NCBI GenBank assembly: GCA_963674755.2
Contig: CAXXVS010000001.1
Coordinates: 192,001-256,000 of the forward strand
Source: Desulfobacterales bacterium
Lineage (GTDB): Bacteria; Desulfobacterota; Desulfobacteria; Desulfobacterales; UBA5852
DNA length: 64,000 nucleotides
Reading direction: 5' to 3'
This document shows positions 58,438 through 64,000 of this stretch, piece by piece. The notes under the pieces were generated by a model. That model worked only from the letters and a program-made list of their open reading frames with translations. It did no database searches and was not told where the DNA came from. The position numbers and the translations under genes are program-made. Position 1 is the first letter of the stretch. Every line of letters begins with the position of its first letter.

Positions 58438-58509
58438 ACCACGAAGGACACGAAGAAATACGCACGGGAAGGAGAAGAATCCCTTCGTGTTCTTCGCGAT
58501 CTTCGTGGT
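58438..58509. repeat. REP-like palindromic element
   Basis: ACCACGAAGGACACGAAG...CTTCGTGTTCTTCGCGATCTTCGTGGT. Confidence 0.6.
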
Positions 58510-58652
58510 GGTTCTTTTTCATTGTAACCAACTTGTGCAATCCAGATAATCGCTTTTGAATTTCTACCCCCAATATACGCGTTTGCATGTCGGTCAATCC
58601 GATTTAGGGTGTTTGCGGGGATGAAAAACGAAGGGTCTGAAGATGCGAAAAG

Positions 58653-59192
58653 TCAGGTTGCGGATGTTTGATGTTGAAGCTTTTCCTGTATTTTCTTCAT
58701 TAGATTGCGCGCCACGTCGCTCACATTTTCGTTTACGGACGCGCCGGAAATCGCATCGAAATCATGCCCGCCTTTATCGGGAAGCCAGGAGCCTTCGCCT
58801 GAAGTAGTCAGCAGGATGATGTTGCCGGTCGTCTTCTGGCGATCAAGGAAGGCACTGACCTCATGGTCAAGGCCCCACGCCAGACATGTGTTGATAACCA
58901 CAACAGCCGCATAATCCGTTGCGTCTACCTGGCCCAATTGCGTGATGCCAATTATCTTGTGTGAAATATGGGCCGCGGAGAGCTCTTCGCGAAGTTCCGC
59001 CACGAGCTCAGTTTTGTACGCACTGGCACGTGATGCGACAAGAACCGTGGGTTTTCCGGGTCTTGTTTCTATATCAGACGCCGTGATGTCCTCTTGGGGC
59101 CAAAAATGTTGCGGTACTGCGCATCCTGCCAGCAACAAAACCCCAAATATTAATAATCCGTAAAAATGGTTTCGCTCTGATTTCAAGTTCAT
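58653..59192 (-). CDS. Lipoprotein, flavodoxin-like fold possible
   Basis: Lipobox LLAGC; VLVAS..S.YK; LLTTSG.G.W; DAISGAS. Confidence 0.75.
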   Translation of the reverse strand: MNLKSERNHFYGLLIFGVLLLAGCAVPQHFWPQEDITASDIETRPGKPTVLVASRASAYKTELVAELREELSAAHISHKIIGITQLGQVDATDYAAVVVINTCLAWGLDHEVSAFLDRQKTTGNIILLTTSGEGSWLPDKGGHDFDAISGASVNENVSDVARNLMKKIQEKLQHQTSAT

Positions 59193-60008
59193 ATTTTAGT
59201 ATGGCATAGGATTTGGCAAAAAATTAACAATTAAAGTGCGACCCTCTTGGAATTCCTATATGTTTTTCATTTGCCATAAACAGAGACCTATCAGTTATGG
59301 GAGATGAACTTATTTATATAACTGATAATGATGCTTCGAGAACCGGTTTTCGGGCGTATCCTTCAGCTTGTTTTTCCTGATGTCGTCTATCAGCTTGTCA
59401 ACTATCTCATCCTCGATACCGTTCATGTCATCTGTTGTGGCAACGAAATCAGACAGGCCATGGTCTTCATAGTCCTTTCTGAATCACCAAGACGCCTACT
59501 CTTGACATTGGAACTTCCTATCACGGACGAACGCCATCAAGGTGTTGGCTGGATAGAAGATCACCCCTTGGTCGGTTTGATTTTTTTGTGCCGGCTCGGG
59601 GAGGGAAATGGTGGTGCTGCCTACGCAAATCTTTTAGAACTTATGCTGCTTTAATGATCCTATACTGCGCGGTTCGGTTTTAGTCAATTGGCCGATGGTT
59701 GAATTGTCTCAACATATCTAAGACAAGCAATGCCTGCCCAGCCGGATCGGCCGGTGGAGAAAAGGGACATTTTGTGTTAACAGACTTAAGACGATCGGCG
59801 CCTTGGGCCGAAATGCGGTGTTCCAGCCCGCGCAAAATCGCTTAAAGCCCTGATGGTCGATGCGCATTCCACTTCGGCCTGCGCCTTGCCTTTCGCCACG
59901 ATGTTTGTTTATCCTAAGTCTGTTCTTTTGGTGGCAGGATCGACTTCGATCGTTCGATGCGGGCCCTGCCGATCCGCTCCCCCCAAACCGATGACCAAGG
60001 AGTCGTGG

Positions 60009-60212
60009 ATGGATTGTATCAAGGAAAAGAACCTCGCCCGGTGCAACTGCACTTACGAACCCTGCTCCCGCAAGGGCAATTGCTGCGAATGCATCCGGTA
60101 CCATGCCGGCATGCGCCAGCTCCCGGCCTGCGTTTTTCCGGACGATGCCGAGCGGACCTACGACCGCTCCTTCGAGCACTTTGCCCGCCTGGTTAGCGAA
60201 GGACGTATTTAG
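60009..60212 (+). CDS. Small Cys-rich protein (DUF6485-like)
   Basis: [18 protein letters not shown]....QLPAC.FP...E.TYDRS; RBS aaggag. Confidence 0.8.
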   Translation: MDCIKEKNLARCNCTYEPCSRKGNCCECIRYHAGMRQLPACVFPDDAERTYDRSFEHFARLVSEGRI

Positions 60213-60588
60213 GTGCCGTCCGGTGTCGCCCCTACAAATTTGCCGGCTATGGCATTGGCCGGTTTGGACATTTTGTCCGTGAACTGCTATGCTCAGGACG
60301 AGCCGCCGGTGGAAATTGAGCAGACCCTTACCCGGCCATCCGCCGGCAGGCCGGTCGTGCCGAAACCTTGTCGGATTTCCTCACCCTCGAACGCAGACCC
60401 TCATTTTGAAATGCGTCTTATGACAGACAACGGCAATGCTTGACCGGCGCGCATAATCGCTTATTTTAATGGGATAGGTTAATTTACGCAGCGCGTTTTT
60501 TGCGATGTCTCGCCACCGGCCGTATCCCGGCCACTTGTTTCAGCTCATCACTTGCCGCAAGGTGCAATTTCTACGAGGAGGACTATCC

Positions 60589-61407
60589 ATGGAAGATCTG
60601 ATTCAGAAAGGCTACGTGTTGTTAGCGACCTATGGCCTCAAGGTCGTGTTTGCCATCGTCATCCTGATCGTCGGTCGTTGGGTGTCAAAGCTTTTTAGCA
60701 AGCTGGCCAAACGGGTGATGGAAAAGCGGGCGATCGATGAAACCCTGCGTGTGTTTACCGGCAGCCTTATCTACTATGCCCTCCTGACCTTCGTGGTCCT
60801 GGCGGCCTTGAGCCAGCTCGGTATCCAGACCACGTCGTTCATCGCCGTTATCGGTGCCGCCGGCCTGGCCATCGGCCTGGCCCTCCAGGGCTCCCTGGCG
60901 AACTTTGCCTCCGGTTTTCTGATGATCATGTTCCGGCCTTTCAAGGTCGGGGATTTTATCGAGGGCGCCGGGGTGGCCGGGACGGTCGAAAGCCTCCATA
61001 TTTTCACGACCCACCTGCGCACCCCGGACAATAAAAAAATCATCATTCCCAATTCGAGCCTGACCGGGGGCAACATCGTCAACTGGTCGGCTACCGGCAC
61101 GCGCCGGGTCGATATGGTGTTCGGCATCGGCTACGACGACGACATCGACAAGGCCAAGCAGGTGATCGGCGAGATCCTGGCGGCGGACGAGCGCATTTTG
61201 AAGGATCCGGCACCCTTTGTGGCGCTGTCCGAACTGGCGGACAGCAGCGTCAATTTCGTGGCCCGTCCCTGGGTCAAGACCGGGGATTATTGGGGGGTCC
61301 TTTTCGATACCACCGAAGCGGTCAAGAAACGGTTCGATGCCGAGGGCATCAGCATCCCGTATCCCCAGCGCGATGTGCATGTCCACCAGCAGGCCGCCCA
61401 AGCCTGA
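60589..61407 (+). CDS. mscS: Small-conductance mechanosensitive channel
   Basis: TTSFIAVIGAAGLAIGLALQGSLANFA; RPFKVGD; IPN; IPYPQRDVH. Confidence 0.95.
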   Translation: MEDLIQKGYVLLATYGLKVVFAIVILIVGRWVSKLFSKLAKRVMEKRAIDETLRVFTGSLIYYALLTFVVLAALSQLGIQTTSFIAVIGAAGLAIGLALQGSLANFASGFLMIMFRPFKVGDFIEGAGVAGTVESLHIFTTHLRTPDNKKIIIPNSSLTGGNIVNWSATGTRRVDMVFGIGYDDDIDKAKQVIGEILAADERILKDPAPFVALSELADSSVNFVARPWVKTGDYWGVLFDTTEAVKKRFDAEGISIPYPQRDVHVHQQAAQA

Positions 61408-61479
61408 CCGCAGTCGGAAGGGGGGGCTGCGGGATTGGCGGCGGTGATGGTGGTGCGCTAATCTTGCGAGGCCAAATAG

Positions 61480-61513
61480 AAGCGGGCCGTTCTTATAAAA
61501 AGGCGGCCCGCTT
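61480..61513. terminator. Hairpin between convergent mscS and FHA genes
   Basis: AAGCGGGCCG...CGGCCCGCTT. Confidence 0.65.
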
Positions 61514-61555
61514 TGTGGTTATCAAAAGGGGGAGACGACTGGCGCACCGGGGCCT

Positions 61556-61933
61556 CTATTTGGTGTAATAGACGCCGGGGATCCAGCTTTTTTTGATTTT
61601 GGCGGTTTTGACGTATTCGGCACTGTTCTCATCAATAAACTTGAAGGTTTTCAGCCCCACGCGGATCACGTCTTCGTGGGACAGCCGCTGGCGCTCGATC
61701 CGATCGATGTTGACATAGGTGCCATTGGTGCTGCCCAGGTCGCGGAGGTAGTATTCCGCGGGGCCCTCCCCGCCCTCCGGCGTGACGGTCTCGATCAGGC
61801 AGTGGCGGGTGCTGACCGAGGCATCGTCGATATAGACATCGCTTTGCGGCGCGCGCCCGATATGGAATTCGGGCTTGTCGATTTCAAACTGAGCAGTGGC
61901 AATGCCATCCAACAGCTGGACAATGCGGGCCAT
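61556..61933 (-). CDS. Stand-alone FHA domain protein
   Basis: IGR...DV.IDD..VS..H; LRDLGSTNGTYVN. Confidence 0.92.
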   Translation of the reverse strand: MARIVQLLDGIATAQFEIDKPEFHIGRAPQSDVYIDDASVSTRHCLIETVTPEGGEGPAEYYLRDLGSTNGTYVNIDRIERQRLSHEDVIRVGLKTFKFIDENSAEYVKTAKIKKSWIPGVYYTK

Positions 61934-62239
61934 GGTCGGATCTCCCAAAAGGGTTGGCACAAAGTAAGCCGAATAAAATCAAGGATAGGCGATTACGGAG
62001 GGCACGTCAATATGGGACCGTTCCGCAAGGTCCGAGCACCGGCTCGTAAGGGCGGTAAAGGCCCGGTCCGGCAGCGGCCGGGAGGCGGTTGAACCCCAGC
62101 GGTGGGCATGCTATGGCGGCTAGGCAGGTGACCCGTCGCCGTTTCGGCGGCACGCCGAGCAAACAGCGAACAAACCTGTGCGATTTCCAATTGCCAATGG
62201 CCATCGCATCTTGGATGCGGGCCTGGGAGGAGATTTGCC

Positions 62240-62824
62240 ATGGAACAACGAAACCGTTTGAAGGTCGTGGCCGGAAGTTTGCTCTGCGTGAGCCTTTTTC
62301 TTTTAGGGGGCTGCGCCAGTTCGATGATGCAGCCGGTGTCCCGCCTGGAGCCGCCGACCTCATCCGGTGCCCTGGTAACCTTTCTCCGCCCGTCCTACTT
62401 CGGCGGTGCGATCCAGTTCGGCGTGTGGGACAGCGATCAATTCGTCGGCATCCTCGAGCCGGGAAGCTATATCCAGGTACTCCTGCCGCCGGGGGAGCAT
62501 GTTTTCCTGGCGCGTGCCGAAAACTGGTCCTATGTACACGCCGACCTCGAAGCCGGGCGCCAGTATTTCATCCTGGCCAAAGTTTTTCCCGGCATATGGA
62601 AGGCGCGCGTGGCCTATGATCCGATCCGCCGGGACGATCCTCAAACCGATGAAGAGATTGCCCAGTGGCTGAAGGAATTGAAGCCCCTTGGCGTCATCGA
62701 CGCCAAGGTCGATGCCTACACCGCCCCCCGGGTGGAACAGGTGCGCCAGGCGGTGGCGGATTTTCGTGCCGGCAAGGTGCAAAGCGAGCAGATGGAAGCG
62801 GTGGATTACCGCGCGATTCACTGA
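62240..62824 (+). CDS. Lipoprotein (DUF2846-like)
   Basis: Lipobox LGGC; V.F.RPS; L.PG.Y; PGEH; EAG..Y. Confidence 0.75.
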   Translation: MEQRNRLKVVAGSLLCVSLFLLGGCASSMMQPVSRLEPPTSSGALVTFLRPSYFGGAIQFGVWDSDQFVGILEPGSYIQVLLPPGEHVFLARAENWSYVHADLEAGRQYFILAKVFPGIWKARVAYDPIRRDDPQTDEEIAQWLKELKPLGVIDAKVDAYTAPRVEQVRQAVADFRAGKVQSEQMEAVDYRAIH

Positions 62825-62855
62825 TTTTCCCTGCGGCGGCCGGCCACATCATCCC

Positions 62856-63425
62856 ATGCGAACCAGACGTTTTTCCAATGTTATCGGGTTTGACGATGCC
62901 CCCTTTCCCCCTGAGCATCGCGGCCCGGTAAAGATTGTGGGGGCCGTGTTCGCCCGGCACCGGCTGGACGGCGTCCTGGTGGGTGAGATCGAAAAGGACG
63001 GCAACGATGCCACCGACCAACTGGCGCATCTGGTCCGCCACTCCAAATTCTATCAGCACGCCCGCCTGATCATGCTGCAGGGGATTACCATGGGCGGGTT
63101 CAATGTCGTCGACATCATCGGCCTCCACCGGCAATTGGATCTGCCGGTTCTGGTGGTGGCCCGCCGGCAGCCGGACCGGGAGGCGATCCGCCGGGCCCTG
63201 CTGGAGCACCTGCCGGGGGGGCGGGAGAAATGGGCGCTCATCGAGGCTGCCGGGGCCATGGAACCGGCCGGCGATGTGTTCGTCCAGCGGGTCGGGCTGA
63301 ACCTGACCCAAGCCATTGCGACGACCGATCAGTGGTCGCTCCACAGCCGGATCCCGGAACCCCTGCGCTGTGCCCATCTAATCGCCGGCGCGATTGCTAC
63401 CGGCCAGAGCCGCAACCGGCCGTAA
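62856..63425 (+). CDS. DUF99 (endonuclease V-like) protein
   Basis: IGFDDAPF; DG.DAT; LQGIT.GGFNVVD; IPEPLR.AHLIA. Confidence 0.88.
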   Translation: MRTRRFSNVIGFDDAPFPPEHRGPVKIVGAVFARHRLDGVLVGEIEKDGNDATDQLAHLVRHSKFYQHARLIMLQGITMGGFNVVDIIGLHRQLDLPVLVVARRQPDREAIRRALLEHLPGGREKWALIEAAGAMEPAGDVFVQRVGLNLTQAIATTDQWSLHSRIPEPLRCAHLIAGAIATGQSRNRP

Positions 63426-63470
63426 ACCTGCGCGGACCGGACCGTACTTGTAAAAAGGAGAAGTTTATCT

Positions 63471-63920
63471 ATGGAACCAACGGGTCCGGTCAGTTGTGGC
63501 ATTGAAATCTCAGGCCGCCAGGCGATTTTTGTCTTCCTGTCTCTCCAGGGCAAGGCGATCCTGGACGTTACGGGCAAACAAACCAAGATCACCCTTAAGA
63601 ACGAAGACGACCCCGGGGAAATCCGGCGCTTTCATCGAGCGGGGCAAGCGCTCTTTGAGCAGATCCAGCCTGATCGCATCGCCATTATCCAGCGCAAGAA
63701 GCGCGGCCATTTCGCTTCCGGCGGCACCACGTTCAAGCTGGAGGGGCTGCTGCAGCTTTACTCCCGGACCGATGTGACCATCGTCCCGACAGCCGCCCTG
63801 CGCCAGTTTGCAAAAGACCGACGTCCGGTCCTGGCGCCCCGTTTCAGCTATCAGAAAAACGCCTATCTGGCGGCGTGCTACCTGTTGGAGGAATTTTGGG
63901 AAGGGGAGGCCAAAGATTAA
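63471..63920 (+). CDS. DUF3010-like RNase H-fold protein
   Basis: CGIEI.G..A; I.I..R.K.G.FA.G..TFK.EG..QL; YQ..AY. Confidence 0.75.
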   Translation: MEPTGPVSCGIEISGRQAIFVFLSLQGKAILDVTGKQTKITLKNEDDPGEIRRFHRAGQALFEQIQPDRIAIIQRKKRGHFASGGTTFKLEGLLQLYSRTDVTIVPTAALRQFAKDRRPVLAPRFSYQKNAYLAACYLLEEFWEGEAKD

Positions 63921-64000
63921 GCCGACCGGTGCTGCACGCTATCACTATCGCTTCGATTCGTGCTATGAAGGTCCATCGGCCCCGTTATATCGTTTCGGGC

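Noticed and set aside
58438..58509. CACGAAG repeats as a possible CRISPR array
   Set aside because: A single palindromic unit with no repeat-spacer periodicity and no cas genes.
59328..59654. 108-aa plus-strand ORF
   Set aside because: No motif or clear RBS. The minus strand has a stop-interrupted acidic frame suggesting a decayed gene, but I cannot identify it.

Overview
GC-rich bacterial chromosome window. Gene content, the GEMM-I riboswitch variant and the repeat families suggest a Desulfobacterales-like deltaproteobacterium (inference). I recognised no rRNA, tRNA, CRISPR array or transposase. Blocks: (1) a TCS divergent from a vWA-PspA operon (1.6-8.2 kb). (2) A ~13 kb, 12-gene minus-strand cluster of mostly secreted proteins (24015->10902), divergent from a MalT-like/BTAD regulator. 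It ends in a Tat-signal, Cys-rich protein with six CX3[D/E] motifs and a radical SAM/SPASM maturase; this is the best candidate for an undescribed ranthipeptide-like protein-crosslinking system. (3) Metabolic genes, including a plant-type class II PRPP synthase, PlsB and a plant/chlamydial-type FabI. (4) cydDC divergent from cydAB-MITE-cydX; cydX is missing from the ORF track. (5) Two c-di-GMP-I riboswitch+terminator cassettes, upstream of a CHASE2 Ser/Thr kinase-FHA pair and a STAS-like/PAS hybrid kinase pair. (6) A MarR gene with two palindromic operators. Many short gene remnants are scattered through the window. All family calls come from motif recognition by eye, not database searches.
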